From contig CAIIXF020000001.1 in NCBI GenBank assembly GCA_903813345.2, positions 35,836,001 to 35,900,000 of the forward strand: DNA of 64,000 bases, in the 5' to 3' direction. The DNA comes from Owenia fusiformis (Eukaryota). The notes below the pieces were generated by a model, which was not told the DNA's origin, searched no databases, and saw only the letters and a program-made list of their open reading frames with translations. A program made the position numbers and the translations under genes. Below, piece after piece: positions 34,501-48,464 of the stretch; within the stretch, counting starts at the first letter, position 1; every line of letters begins with the position of its first letter.

Positions 34501-35877
34501 ATTCATAGCCTGATCAAAATTAAGTGTGTAATAAACTAATTGTCCTCTTCATTTATAATTCACACATCAAGTTACATACTTCACAAATTACTGTAGGAAG
34601 TGCTCATACATTTGAAAGTGTACACCTGTACAGGTAAATGTACTATTGTACATTTCATGTACACTTATGCATACAATGTGCACTTGTCCACATAATGTGC
34701 ACTTATACATTATAAGTGTGCACTTGCAATTATTCTTCTTTTAGCTCTACATTTGTAGCTGAACTAGCCTCTCTGCAGATATAGCTCAATACCAGTTATA
34801 TACAGCTCATAACCAAATCACTTATTATTCCTTATGAATTATGCTCATTAAAGAAAATGCTTAAAATTCTGATAGTTGATCATCATTAATACAAAAAACA
34901 ACTTCAGGTTAACATATTGTTTTAACTAGTCTACGATCACACATTATTCAAACAAAGATGAAATTGAAAACAAACAGGTGTGAACTCAAGTTATAGAAAG
35001 TGGTACATGTACATGTAGGTTGCTATACAAGCAATAAGCAAAGTTGCAATATGTAATCAAATATATCAGGACATCAAAAATGATTTCTCAAAACTGAAGC
35101 ATGGGTAATAAAATTACTCAAAAATTGAAATCATGAATATAGAGCAAACAACTATCCCTATTTCGTTAATTGATTGATCTGGAGGAGCATGTCTTGATCA
35201 ATTTTTGTATTTTGTATATGGGATATATATATGGGCCAAATGTTACCTTTGTATCAAAGGTATGATCATTAAAAGATATATTGAGCAAAAGAAAAATGAA
35301 GGAATTAAATTGTACAGAATTATGTATTCATCTTGCCTTCAATTTTGAACATGTTGAATCAAGTGTCCCGTATCATTTATGGTCTATAACATAATCACCT
35401 TCCCTCAGTACAACATTCATATATCATATGTTTGGCTTGTTAATCACTGAATTCAACAATTTGAGTGTTTCTTTATGGAACATGTGCTCATGCATGGTTC
35501 ATATCAAGTGCTCACATATATAGAGATACTAACATATGATAATCAAACGTTTGTATACAATATTACTTGTGTATTTCAATATACAAATCACAAATAAACT
35601 TCCACCTAACACTTAATCCCTCACAAATGTTGCATCCAATAATAAGCATAGATGATCACTGTCAGCTATGCACTGAAATAATGTCACTATGTAGCGCACA
35701 AATTAAACCTGTCATTATAATGAAAAAATACTTCAAAAATACAGAAAAACATATGGTTTGAACAGCAATGTTGCTTGCTGGAAGGATTATAAAAAACAAT
35801 ATAGCCACTACATTTGCTGCTTTGGTAACCTATTTTTCCTTGTTACTATAGCAAAGGGCCACAATATTCGGTTATAT

Positions 35878-38800
35878 TCAGTCCATGTCTGAATCAGAAT
35901 CACTACTTAAGGCTTCATTCTTAATGGTTTCTATCTTCTCAGGGTCAACGGTTGCTTGTTGCTGAAGGGGGGTCCAAGGCTTAGCTAGGTTTTTACTTAG
36001 TCCATTTTTCTGCTGTTTGATTTGTTTTGTGAGGTTTTGGAATTCCTTCATTTCATCTTCTGTGATCACGTACTCTTCCTGATCAGCTTCATTCCAACCC
36101 ATCTCACGCAGCAACCTGAAACACAAGGGAAAATCCCAATACATCCAACTAAGCAATTAGAAATGCAATGGAAAAATCCAATATATTTTTTATAGCAATT
36201 AGAAATGCAATGGCAGAATTCAAAATGTTTTGCACAGCAATTAGAAATGCAATGGAAAAATTCAATATATTTTGCGTAGCAATAAGAAATGCAATGGAAA
36301 AATTCGATATATTTTGCAAAGTAATTAGAATTGTCGAAATTGCTGTTCCCTCTTCAAAAGAGAAGACGCGAAAATCTTTCCTTATAAGGGCAAAATATTT
36401 CCCATGATGCAGTTCGCGGAGGAACAAATTTATACTTCCTTATTTTCCCTCATAGGTTTAACATGGGGATTTTCACACCTATTTTTCAAACGATATATTC
36501 GTTCATATTCCCGTACGAGAGTACAGAAAAAATTATTAGAAACGATTGATCTCTCATTAATCTTAATATAACAGCTATTTTTTTCATTGTATTAATTCAT
36601 AGCGTGGTGAAAACGATGACTGAAAAGTGAGAAAAGGTTCCGGAAGAGAAGGTCACATGATCAGTAGACTAGTCGCCATATTGGAAAAAACAATTCCATT
36701 CGACTTTCAATACTTTCATGCCAATCTTACCGCACTACAAACTGCGACATCGATGCAACAACTGAATAAAAGTATTCATCTTCATATTACATTATAGAGT
36801 TACGTTGAAAACCCACAAACAACTGAGCAGTAGACCAAAGAAGACGCGTCGCTATTATCTAGGTCAATCTGTTCAGTGGTCCGAAAGCAAATCTATAGTA
36901 CTCGTTTCCGAATTTTGTTGTTCATTGTACAATCTTTTATTGATTAAACTCGGTATACTGACTATTAAAGCAATGACAAAGAAGAATACTTACGATGGTG
37001 TCATTGTTTTATTTAGCGTGCGGGTGTAAAACAAAATTGAGTAATTAGTTTGATTTAGAACTTTCGTGTCACGCAAATAGCTACGCGAAATGCATAGTGG
37101 GAAAATATTCACCAATCAAATTTTGTCCTTTTTGAGTGCTTTTTCAGTGCATATTTGCGAACGTTCTGATTCAAAGAGCGAACCGCGAAAAGGAGAATTG
37201 AAATGGAAAAATTCAATATATTTTGCACAGCAATTAGAAATGCAATGGAAAAATTCGATATATTTTGCATAGCAATTAAGAATGCAATGGAAAAATTCAA
37301 TATATTTTGCACAATAATTAGAAATGCAATGGAAAAATTCAATATATTTTGCATAGCAATAAGAAATGCAATGGAAAATTCAATATATTTTGCACAGTAA
37401 TTAGAAATGCATTGGAAAAATTCAATATATTTTGCACAGCAATTAGAAACGCAATGGAAGAAGTCAATATATTTTGCATATAAGCAATTAGAAATTCAAT
37501 GGAAAACTCAATACATTTTGCACAGCAATTAGAAATGCAACTAGACAACAGCAACGCCAAAGCATAGCAAATCCCATCATTTGTATATAGCAAATATGGC
37601 AGCCATTTCAAAATGGCCATCTTCTACCAAAAGTGTCATTAGACAGTGTGCCATGCTTATAGTATTCACATACTAAATATGAACAAAATCGCTCCACTAC
37701 TTTTCGAGTTATAGTAAAATACGTTAAAATGGTGGCCATTTTTCAAAATGGCCACCTTCTACCAAAAGTGTCATTAGACAGTGTGCCATGCTTATAGTGT
37801 TCACTTACCAAATATGAACAAAATCGCTCAACTACTTTTCAAGTTACAGCAAAAATTGTAAAATAACGAGTAAAGGCCGCCATTTTTCAAGATGGCTGCC
37901 ATGTGCTTCTTTAATATCTACATTTCTAGATTTATTAATGTCCTATATATTTTTTTTTACATTTAAAACATATTGGTATTACAGTTTTACATATTGCACC
38001 AAAATTACTGTAAAATTGGCACTAAAATGGCCGCCATTTTTAAATGAGCGGCCATTTTGAAAATTGGCTTTCGAGCAGAACTTCTACCCCAATAGGGTAT
38101 ATGTGTACCAAATATGAACAAAAAACGGTATTTGAGTTATATGCTGTTCATGTCATCTTCATTCAGTCCAACTTGAAAATTTATTTGTAGTTGCTGTTGT
38201 TTTCTTCTTACTTCTTCTGATTTTATTTGTCTTTTTCAGGCGGATGGACGTACGTACATACGGACGGATGGAGGCGTTCCCTATATCCCTCCGAACTTCG
38301 TTCGATGGGATAATGAAAAACTTATACATCTCACCCAGCAATTAAAAATTTCATCTTGCACAGTATCCCAAGAAAAAGATGAGATACATTTTTGCGTTTG
38401 ACCAAAATAGAAAAAGCTCTTCAGTAAGTGAAACAGCTAGAATGCACTGTTTAACCATGTTAACAGTATTGTATCTACTAGCCTATCATAAATGAATTAA
38501 AATTCTCACCTCTGCTCAGCCTCTAGAGAGCTGGAGAGCATATGGTATTCTGGTTTCACTGACAAACTATCCACCCCATTGACCAGCTTTTCTGAATAAT
38601 CTCCAACTGTGTGGTCTTCCTTATTGCACTCACCCTGGAAGTAGAATTAAAGAGTTAATCCAGTTAAAGATCATCAGACCTATTAGAAGGATAGAGCAGA
38701 ATCAAAGGGTTAACCAAGGTTTTTTTATTGTTGAGTACTACATGTATTTACTAGAGGTGTAACTCCAGAATCAGTAACTTGAGTTTAGCTCGTCAGAACT

Positions 38801-41738
38801 GCCTAAACATTGCCTTAAGTTGTCCTCTAGAAACGTATTATCTATTTCAACTCACGAGTTAGCTATATCTCGAGTAAACTCATGAGTTGGGCCTATCTTG
38901 CAAGCATGTAAATTGATTTAGGTCTTGGAGAGAATGTACATTATTACTTAATTAGATGAATAAACATAAATGAATAACCATTTACTCGTCTACTGTTTTG
39001 CTTTAGTCTTATTTGTTTGTATTGTCTTGCAATATATTATTCAGCAAATAAATGTCATATTATTTTGTTTTGTGTTTTGGTATTTATTTATAACTTTTCA
39101 CATAGCCATTTAACTATTAGACACTGTTCAGTAAGCAGAAATCATGTGCATATCTACCTTTTTAGAAGCTGGGTCAGATTGAAGAGACATATCATCTGTG
39201 TGTTTACTATTGCTGTTCTTGAATGCTGCCAGGAAGTCACTCTTCTTGTCACCTAGTGGTTTTGGGTTTGTGACGAGCCTAGTGTTGAGTATCTCTATGG
39301 CAGGGGTAACGGTAGGGGACTGTCCACTGTTGCTTGGAGTTGGAGTGCTGTTGGCAGATTTATGGGTACCATTGCTGTTGATGTCTTTACCAGAAAATAC
39401 ACCATTTACTTTCATTGTCTCACGACTTGTCTTCCGAGTGAGGATCTAAAATAACATTATAGAGATAGCCATAAATTTATATTACATGTGTTGATAAATT
39501 TTTGGGATAGTTTATAGAAGTAAAACAACAAAAACAGGAAGTAGTTAGCATGTCTGATTTAAAATATCTGACTATAAAACATCAAAAGTAAATGAATTGT
39601 CCCTCAAGATAGTCTAAGAGGGAGATGACTCATTATCCCTAGGTTTACTTTGTATTCAGCAAATATATTTAATGTCACCATATTAGATACTATGGCTTTA
39701 TAATCTTACCTTATTAGGCACCAAGGCTTTATACATGTTAGAACTGGATTGAGATTTGTTGGGCAGTTCTTTCTTTAACAATACAGGGGAGCTATGTTCA
39801 TTCTTTGGTGAGAGAGATGTTCCACGTTTGACTTTGCTGCTGCAACTATCCCAGACACTCTTACCATTCACCTTGGCAGCCTTTTCTTCAGAGGCTTCTT
39901 CTCCATTTAATGATGGCTGTAACAAAAGAAATATCCATTCTATCACTGAAAAATTCAAGGTCACCAGAAAGAAGCATCTTTAAGACATCTTGGTCCACAA
40001 ATAGTTTAAATATCAGCAAGGTGCTGCTGAAACTTGTTGTGCAAATTATGCTCTTTCAGGGTAGAGAATTTAAAGTCCAAATTCCATTTCATCAAAACCC
40101 TACATGGGATCACATGCAAAGCTTCAAATAGAACATAAGTAACATAAAATATATTTGTTTTTCACGAGAAAAAGCCTGGAAGCTAAATATTTAGGTAACC
40201 AACTCACAAACTCCTCTTCCAATTTAACCGCTTCTCCATCAGCTTTCTCTTTAATTTCACGATCTTTTCCAGTCTTCCCCGACCCTGACTTGTCATAGTA
40301 GTTTTTCTTCCCTCCAGGTCTACCATAGTTGTAGAATGATTCACCCCCATAATAGTAGTCGTGTGGGGGATAGTCATGAGGGGGGTAGTCGTGAGGGTAA
40401 TCATAGAAGGGAGGGTAGCCTGGTGGACCAGGGGGACCCTATAATAAACATTTGTCATTCCTTTAAATGGCATAAATAGTTATATAGTGATTATTAGAAG
40501 ATATCGTTGAGAGGAATCATAATCCACTCTACCCTCCTCATCTCAGGTCCAATTTTTCTGATTTTATTTCAAAATTAAATACAGGACATAAATTTGAAAA
40601 AAATAAGTTTTGAAAAAAGTGCAACTTTTTCATTAATTCTTAAGATATGGTTACCTGATGGTGATAATTGGCATGCGGGTGTTGATATTTGCCTCCATCC
40701 ATGCCTCTTACTGGGAGCCCTATTGGTTGAGATCTGTAGTGATGGCTGCCATATCCATCATACCCGTAACTGTTACCATAGTAACCATTGTAGTAACCAT
40801 AGTAATCATCATCTACTGAATTGTGCTGTCGGAAACGACTGTTGGTGTTGTTATATCTCCCCCGGTCTGGAGCAAATATGTGTTTGCCAAATTAGGATTT
40901 GATATTTTGAAAATACATCTATTATTTGTTTCTTGAAATATTAATCTGATTAATGAGAATGCAAATTTTGTTGCACCTTTTGCATTTTATCCGACAGATT
41001 TTGAATCACAGATATATGAACACTGGCTGCATAATGAATGAAGAAAACAAAACAAAACAAACCTTCAAACGGTGCGTCAAATGAGCGTTGCCGTGGCAAA
41101 TAACCATAGTCAGGCCCTGGGTGTCGATTGTTACTTCCACCAGAGTACGATTTTTCGCGTCTTGAACCCCCGTGACTAGATTTACTGCCATTACTGCTAC
41201 TGGACTGATGCTCAGCTTGCTTTGAACCAGATGGCTTCTACAAGTATTCAAACTTAATCATTATACCAAAAAAACATGTTGTTTAGTTCTAAATATGGCA
41301 ATATTACATGTTAGGAAGATTTGAAGCATGTATCTTTTCAAAGTGCATACCATTTGAAGTGTGAATTTAAGGACTGTAAATTCGATCATTTTTCGAATAT
41401 AAACAAAAGCAGGGATAAGACATCAGGGAACTTCTAGCAGATGATCAGTCTTAGCCCCAAAAAGTCCTTTCACCTCATTGTCCTAGAAGTACTTTTATTT
41501 ATGTGATCTTTAGACCAACAGGAGAGGACTTTGAATCGCAATAACCTATTGTCCTATCCTTTTTTGTTATATAAAACTACAAATTGTTATACTATAATAT
41601 CTAATGTAATGAAAGCATAGACAAATAAAATATTCTTATTCTTAATAATATAATAATATTTCTACTTACAGATTCCTCATTTGGAATCTTCAACCATGCG
41701 GGTGCAAAGTCATGCTTCGGAGCCTTTGCAGTAGCCAT
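35878..41738 (-). CDS. GPBP1: Vasculin / GC-rich promoter-binding protein 1-like (about 514 aa)
   Basis: Minus-strand exons 41738-41670 (MATAKAPKHDFAPAWLKIP), 41237-41063, 40866-40655, 40438-40208 (...EEEF), 39916-39710 (PSL...MYKALVP), 39445-39158, 38634-38510 (LSSSLEAEQR) and 36115-35878 (LLREMGW...ITEDEMKEF...SSDSDSD). HDFAPAWL, FPSL and LSSSLEAE.RLL.EMGW are vasculin-family hallmarks. Confidence 0.9.
36152..37540. repeat. 42-bp minisatellite in two blocks (about 36152-36330 and 37200-37540) in the last GPBP1-like intron
   Basis: Unit GCAATTAGAAATGCAATGGAAAAATTCAATATATTTTGCACA. It explains the repetitive AIRNAMEKFNIFC ORFs. Confidence 0.9.
36334..37193 (+). mobile_element. Unclassified interspersed element of about 850 bp, copy 2, inserted into a minisatellite
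   Basis: Homologous to 16757-17604. Splits the 42-bp minisatellite, with AGAATTG on both flanks. Confidence 0.8.
37539..38315 (-). mobile_element. Helentron-associated-type element
   Basis: Starts AACTAG, has a duplicated core of about 137 bp (CAAAATGGCCA.CTTCTACCAAAAGTGTCATTAG), and a (CGGA/CGTA)n tract with an ATCCC...GGGAT hairpin at the far end. Confidence 0.55.
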
Positions 41739-43699
41739 CACAAATGTATAAGCATTGTAAGGTACCCTGAAAATATACATGTACATTACAAACAAATGTA
41801 AATTTGAATCATCATATTCATTTATCTTATAGCAAATCAGTGAGTGTCTAAGAACCTAGCATTTAAAAACAAGGCATTAACATGCAAAATGTCACCACCT
41901 GCCATTTATTATTATATAGAAGCTGACCAAAATTTCTATAGACGCTGTTACAGATGCCAAACACTGACAACAAAAAAGTTGGAGATTATAACATCTGGTG
42001 GTGACATAAAAATTATACTCAATCATAATTTTCATATATCAAATGGGTGCTATTGTTATGTAACCTTCCAGATATTAAGGTAGATTGTTCTAGAATTTAA
42101 ATCAGCCCACAATTCGCTAATGAGCCAATGGATAAGTTCAACCCTGAATATAAAACAGGGTACAGGTATAAAACCTAAGTCAGATAACATGTGCGTCTAT
42201 CAAACCTGAAAAATAAGATTTCAAAGAATCAGAAAGTAACTAAAATGTTTTCCATGTTGCATTGTTCTCATTTGATTGCTTAATTTTTAGGTTTGAAAGA
42301 CTTATTTTTCAACAGTCAGCACCATCTATCCCGTACCTAGGATGAACAGACCTTAATATGTTCAGAAACTTGAGTCTTCAAAATTGTTGAAAAACTGAGT
42401 GTCTTGATTTGAACAATCTACAGACTCTTGAGGTATGAAGCTAACCTTTAGTACAATTGAATGTCCTACTGACCTCTGAGACTAAAACTTACCTTGAAAC
42501 ATTACTTTAAAACAGTTGAATTCTGTGATTGAAAATTAGGGGTCCACCAAAATTCATCAATAAGCTTCCGCACATATAGAAGAGAAATATAGGATCAGAT
42601 AGATGGTGCTCACCTTGTATATTTTCAGTACCTTGCAGTTGCACTTAAACTTAAAAACTTACTCTAATTACTCAAGAAACACCTCCTCCACGTCAAATAG
42701 AATCTCCTTTTCTGTAGTACTGACGATAGTGTCTTTTCAAAAATACTGCTAATAACCGTTGAATCCCTGTGCTACCTTGTCATTTTGTTAATAATAACTT
42801 GATCCTGGAGAGATTTAAATTGTTCATAATATTAATATTTTAGCTCAAACAAACATGAAAGGTCTTGAGTAGATATGAGAATCATTTTTGTCTCAGAGGT
42901 AATTTAACTGTTCAAGAGATAATCCTGTTGCGTCTCACTTTTGTCTGCAAGTTTTATGGCAGTAAAATGCAATGTTTTTTATTACAAAAATATAACTGTG
43001 TCCGGCTTAGATCGTACTATGGTATTTCGCTATAGAGTGCACTGTACTATATTATTTACATTTACAAATTACCACTATAATATCCTTTTTGCTACGACAA
43101 CAGCTGCACTATATCATAATTCAGAACGACAGTTACTGCTGCAATGTCACAAGTCACAACATTCATATGGTATTATATATCTAATGGTTATATCTACTAT
43201 GTACAAATAAATTTAGTTGCTGTTATGATGCTTTCATTGTCTAACAACAAACTGTTCTTGAAAGCAGTAAATGCTATCTCGAATATAAAATTAGTGTATC
43301 TTCTATTTTCCTCATCCCACTGTATAAAATTCAACTGCCAAATTGAAGGCCGTAAACACGGCAATTGTTGATACAGTAGATCCTCACATCTTTTGATAGC
43401 TGACAAAGAAGTTCAATTTGAATAATGTCTGCCTCATATATCAGTGGCTGAATAGCCTAATCTTTTTCAGATGTCACTGCAGAAATGATATAAGAAGTTG
43501 TAAGCACAACTTGTTGCACAAACAAACAAACTTTTTCACTTTCAAAACTTGAAATTTTTTGTATTTCGAAGTCTCAGTGATGAGTCAGCATAAATCCATT
43601 AAATAATGCATCCATATAAAAGATAAATATTTGAAATAGATCTCGCTTTGTTTTAGCTCACATGACAGAGTGTTTATGTATACATAGTAGAGTTTTTCC

Positions 43700-44010
43700 G
43701 ACAAAATATTTTCACTTTTCTCATTTTCCAATATGGCGATTTTCCATCCTATAATTTTTTATCTCGCGAGATACCAATTAAAAATATGAGTTTAATGAGT
43801 TTTAAGATGATGAATTACTTTTATTTATATAATTTTCGTGTACAGGTTACTTGTTTGAATACATTGATTACATGAAAAGCTCATATATAACTCTATCAGG
43901 CAATTCAAAAGATAGTCATATGACTTTTCACGCGAGATCAGTTTGACTTACTTTTTTGTTTTGTAAAATATTCCTGTCGACAACTAAACGTAATATTACA
44001 GGTATTTGTT
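43700..44010. promoter_or_regulatory. Putative bidirectional promoter between GPBP1-like and TMEM69
   Basis: Divergent genes. Palindromic TCTCGCGAGA (about 43762-43771), variant CACGCGAGAT (about 43929), YY1-like AATATGGCG, and a CAG|GTATTT donor at 44002 for a TMEM69 5'UTR exon. Confidence 0.6.
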
Positions 44011-44566
44011 CAATTTGATCACATTCTATCCATTGCTATAACATGGGAATTGAAAAGTTCCACTAAAATATACTACTGCCACTGTCATAATGTGGATAAT
44101 ACGTTTATTAGACACCCAAATTGATACTTCCGGGTTCAGAATCTTTTTTCTTCAAATTATTGTACAGGGGATTTCAGGATGGGGCAGGGGATTTCCTCTA
44201 CATAAATGTTTATAAGTTATGAATTACAAAATCAATATATAACATTTATTGTGTACTTATCAGCTGTATTGCCAGTATTCTGACAACATGTTTCAAAGAA
44301 ATGCAACTATCATTATACCCGTATGCTTCACAAATGGAGTAAACGGGAGCATCGGTCAATGACATCTTAGTTGCAATCCAATAAAATAATACATTCATGT
44401 AATCAAGCTATTTATCTAATAGTGACCACTTTCAAGCTACGATTGACCATTCATGAGTGATTACACCTCAATAAAACCATGTACGTTTTAACCTAGTTGC
44501 ATTGTATCATGGGCTTTCAAGAGTACTTTTGATAAGTTTTAAATACCTTATTTTGCAGATTGTACC

Positions 44567-45352
44567 ATGATGAGACTTCGAGCTTCCAATCTTTGGTGGA
44601 AGTTGGGCAGCTTTTCACAGTTGAACTACAACCAGAATATGTGGCATCTACTGCAACCAACCAATTTTGCTAAAGCAATTCAGAAATCAAACATATGCAA
44701 TTACTCAAGTGTTTCAAGATCATCATATATAAACTATTATACATTGAATGCAAGAATACCATCTCTAGGTTATCAGCATTCTGGTGTCCTTAGTTCAATC
44801 AAAAACTTCAACACAAGTCAGAAACAATGCATAAAAGAAGATAATGAAACAAAATCACTGGCAGTATGGAGGAACCTTGTGCACTTAAAATCTTCCCCAC
44901 TTCCTGCCTTAACACTTGGCCTTTCTGGACTTATACCATTTATATCAGCACCAGCATATATGATGGCAACTGGAGTGTTTTCACCTGAAATTGCGTTTGC
45001 ACAGGTTGCATATGGTGCTTGTATTCTCTCCTTTCTGGGAGGGGTAAGATGGGGATTTACTCTCCCAGAAGAAAGTTTTGAGCAGCCTAATTGGCATAAT
45101 TTAGGATATAGTGTTGTGCCTTCTTTAGTTGCTTGGACAGGCTTACTGCTGCCTTCACCATTGTCTTGTGTAACATTAATGGGAGGTTTAGGAGTCATAG
45201 CATATTTTGATGCAACAATGCAGGGATATCCTCTGTGGTTCAAAGCACTGAGATTCACTCTGAGCTTTATAGCAGTTTTATCTTTATGGACATGCTTCAT
45301 GTGTGGATTTCTCTTGAAATCAGAAATCAAAAATCAGTCTTCGAGTGAATGA
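44567..45352 (+). CDS. TMEM69: Transmembrane protein 69 (DUF3429 family), single coding exon, 261 aa
   Basis: Long ORF with LGLSGLIPF, AQVAYGACILSFLGGVRWG, YSVVPSLVAW and YPLWFKALRFTLS, plus a basic/Ser-rich N-terminus resembling a mitochondrial presequence. Splice acceptor TTGCAG at 44558 just upstream of the ATG. Confidence 0.92.
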   Translation: MMRLRASNLWWKLGSFSQLNYNQNMWHLLQPTNFAKAIQKSNICNYSSVSRSSYINYYTLNARIPSLGYQHSGVLSSIKNFNTSQKQCIKEDNETKSLAVWRNLVHLKSSPLPALTLGLSGLIPFISAPAYMMATGVFSPEIAFAQVAYGACILSFLGGVRWGFTLPEESFEQPNWHNLGYSVVPSLVAWTGLLLPSPLSCVTLMGGLGVIAYFDATMQGYPLWFKALRFTLSFIAVLSLWTCFMCGFLLKSEIKNQSSSE

Positions 45353-47375
45353 ATGCACTATTTTTGCAATTGTCAATTATTCGATTGAAAGATGTCACTG
45401 GGGTCACAACCATTTTATTTTCTGAAGTTTAGAACCTTGTCTTGCTAATTAATAGAATGTACAATTAGACTTAGGCAATTAAAAATTCATGAATTTCATA
45501 GACCTATATCCTGGAATCTCTTGGAATAGAGTATGACAGTATTTGAATCAGGCTAAAGAGAGATAAAGAGAGTCTTGGAATTCAATTCTGGGAACTTGAT
45601 TAATTAACGCTCATGGCCATTCATTTGTCAAAGGACTTTTAAATAAATGCCCATGGGGCCTATTAGTGAGAGACTCCAGTATTCAAGTATGCTAATGATT
45701 AGAGATTAAATCTCAGATTAATGTGACAGTGAGAATAGAGAATGTAAGATGGAAGCAGCTTGTATGTGATAAGATAAAAAAATATTTCATATGGTATTTA
45801 TGTGAACCTACTATATATAGCCTGGTTATATGAATAAAATATATGTGCAGATTTACCTTTTTCTTTGTTAACACTTATTAATTTTGTACATTTATAATTT
45901 TTTTAAGATGGGATAAGAATTTATTAGGCAAAATATATCTTGTATCCTCCAACATCCCACCAGTCTCACCAGAGTGTTGAAAGTGATTATCTGTCCCTTC
46001 CCCGTTTTTAAGGGTCATCATTAGAATAAACAGAAATCTTACCCTCTGTATTTGTTTGACTAAGGTTCTTACTTTATAACAGTTCACCATTACCATGATT
46101 AAATTAGATGTAAAAGCTTAAAAGAATAAACAAAAATGTCTAAAATGAATATATAGTATTTTTTTATAACAACTTGAAAGTTGGTTTTAAGAGAAAATGT
46201 TAATTTCTATTGTTAAATTATTAAGTATTTTTTTGTTGGAATCAGAGAAAGCTATTTGTTATTATTTTACTTTTTTTATTATACAGTATATTACTGTATA
46301 GGGAGCCATAAAGGTAACAAATCTTAACGTCTCAGTCATTCAGCATATGTTTCAACTTTCATGTCATACTTGGCAAATTTAAAGTTGCATTAGTCTATGA
46401 TCTATCCCTAATGGTCAACATTTTATAGCCATTTACAAAAATGCTATAAAATGCCAGCATCAAGTCTGGAGACAAACTTGAATGTTTCAAGCAAAGTTGT
46501 TCACTACTCGATCACAAACATCTTGAAATGGTTCACATCTTCCTTCTCATCTCTTGTTTCAATGTTTCTAGAGTTGTTAGTGTAGACATTAGCCCCACAG
46601 ATATAAAATTTGGGCTGTTTCATGTCCAGTGATTGTGGCCTGTTTCAGCAATTTGAGGATGGTTTGTAAATAGCCATAAAAGTGAGATGATTGGGATGAC
46701 ACCAATGAAATGGTAGAGTAAAAGAATATGGAGGCCCCCCCCCCCCCCCCCCCCCCCTATGGAACCTGGTTTATTTGTGCCAAATGTCACTTTAAATCCA
46801 TGATGAATAATTTAGATACTGTAGATACAAATTTCACATCTATTATAGGAAATCCTCAAAGGAATTTGTTATTAGCAATTATTTCACTTGTGTAACATAA
46901 GCATTAACTGATTAAAGGCTAGTTTTGCTCCAAGACAGACAAGCCCGGGAATTAACTGTAGGTACGATAAATTATAAACACTGAAGCATTTCGTTCAGTG
47001 TTGAATTAGCCAATCAAATTCAACTATGTATGTTCGCTGAAAATCCAATATGGCTGACTTTCTATGCAAATATTTCAGGTTCGTTTGTGTTATTTTCCCC
47101 ATTTAAAGCGGCATATCGTGTAAAATAGATAAAGTTAATATATATATTTTGCCATATGGATTTAAAGATCATACAGATTTAAAGCTTAGTTCTCTAATAA
47201 TTGTCGAAAAAGTAATTCTAAAGTTGGTTTTCAGAAAAAATATTGATTTTTTATTGTGTTCAAAAATGGTGTGTCCGATTTTCGTTGGAATCACAGCACA
47301 GCTTACTTCCTGCGAAAGCTATTTGGATTTTGATATAATAGCTTTCCCACGGACCATTTGGACAGCTCAATGATC

Positions 47376-47810
47376 GTGACCTTTGAAATCGAATTAAGTC
47401 GATCCGCTGCTTACTTTTGGTCTCTAACTGTGTCTTACATCAGTATCATCAATCCGTGTAAGTATTGGAGCGCTGGAGTACTTCTTTTTCGATCAAGACT
47501 TGTAATTCGTTTTACTGCCAAATTCCAATATGGCGGTTTCTGCTCGGACATTTTCGTAAATCTCCGGAGGTTGTCCGAACCAAACTAATTCTCAAAATTC
47601 ATTTCGTTCGTTGCGTATCTCGCACCTAGCAAACCGCCATATTGGAAATAGGTCTGTAAAACTTTAACTCGATGAACAATTTACAAGTCTTGATCGAAAA
47701 AGAAGTACTCCAGCGCTCCAATACTTACACGAATTGATGATACTGATGTAAGACACAGTTAGAGACCAAAAGTAAGCCGCGGATCGACTTAATTCAATTT
47801 CAAAGGTCAC
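47376..47810. repeat. Long inverted repeat (about 135-bp arms plus a 17-bp inner stem), probably transposon-internal
   Basis: 47376-47510 is the reverse complement of about 47676-47810. Inner stem TTCCAATATGGCGGTTT / AAACCGCCATATTGGAA. Confidence 0.85.
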
Positions 47811-48141
47811 TATTGATCAGCTGTTCACTTCTCCGTTTGAGAGCCATAAGTTTCAAAATCTAATATGGCTCTCGAAATCTAATATGGCTCTCGAAGTGAG
47901 TAAAGCACAGCTACTTAAATATGGCTGTATCACGGATAATGGGAGGTTGGGCAACTTGAATGAAGAAAAAACTGTCTTCCTTCCTCATTAATGTCGTCAT
48001 TCCACAGCCAGCACTTACTCTACCGAGCTGGGAAGTTGGATTGAAAATTCTTGAAGAGAAAAAATCGAGCCCATTTTGACTGAACACTAAACACTAAAAC
48101 TGAGTAGAGTTTATAATATGCTGTATATTTAAATCAATACA

Positions 48142-48464
48142 TAAAGTCCATTTCACTGCTTCATTTCGTCAGTAGAACGGCAAAAATAAGAAATTTGTAT
48201 ATCTTGGATTGCTTCTAGTTTGGCTTATAAAGTGTATGGCCTCTTATATTTGGATGTTTCTCTGCCATGTTATTTTCAATAAGATTAACATGGCTGAAAT
48301 TCTTCAAAAAATTATCATTGCACAAAAAACGAAAAAATCTGAAATATACAAATGTCATTCATGTACATTATGAATATACTTTTCCATATATTATTGCACA
48401 ATGGTCTCCCAATTTCTTATTTTTGCCGTTCTACTGACGAAATGAAGCAGTGAAATGGACTTTA
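48142..48464. mobile_element. 323-bp MITE with perfect 54-bp TIRs
   Basis: 48142-48195 is the exact reverse complement of 48411-48464. Confidence 0.85.

Noticed and set aside
36149..37620. Repetitive ORFs (AIRNAMEKFNIFC / QNILNFSIAFLIA)
   Set aside because: Translation of the 42-bp minisatellite and the inserted element.
44818..45330. 170-aa minus-strand ORF
   Set aside because: Antisense shadow of the TMEM69 coding exon with no independent features.
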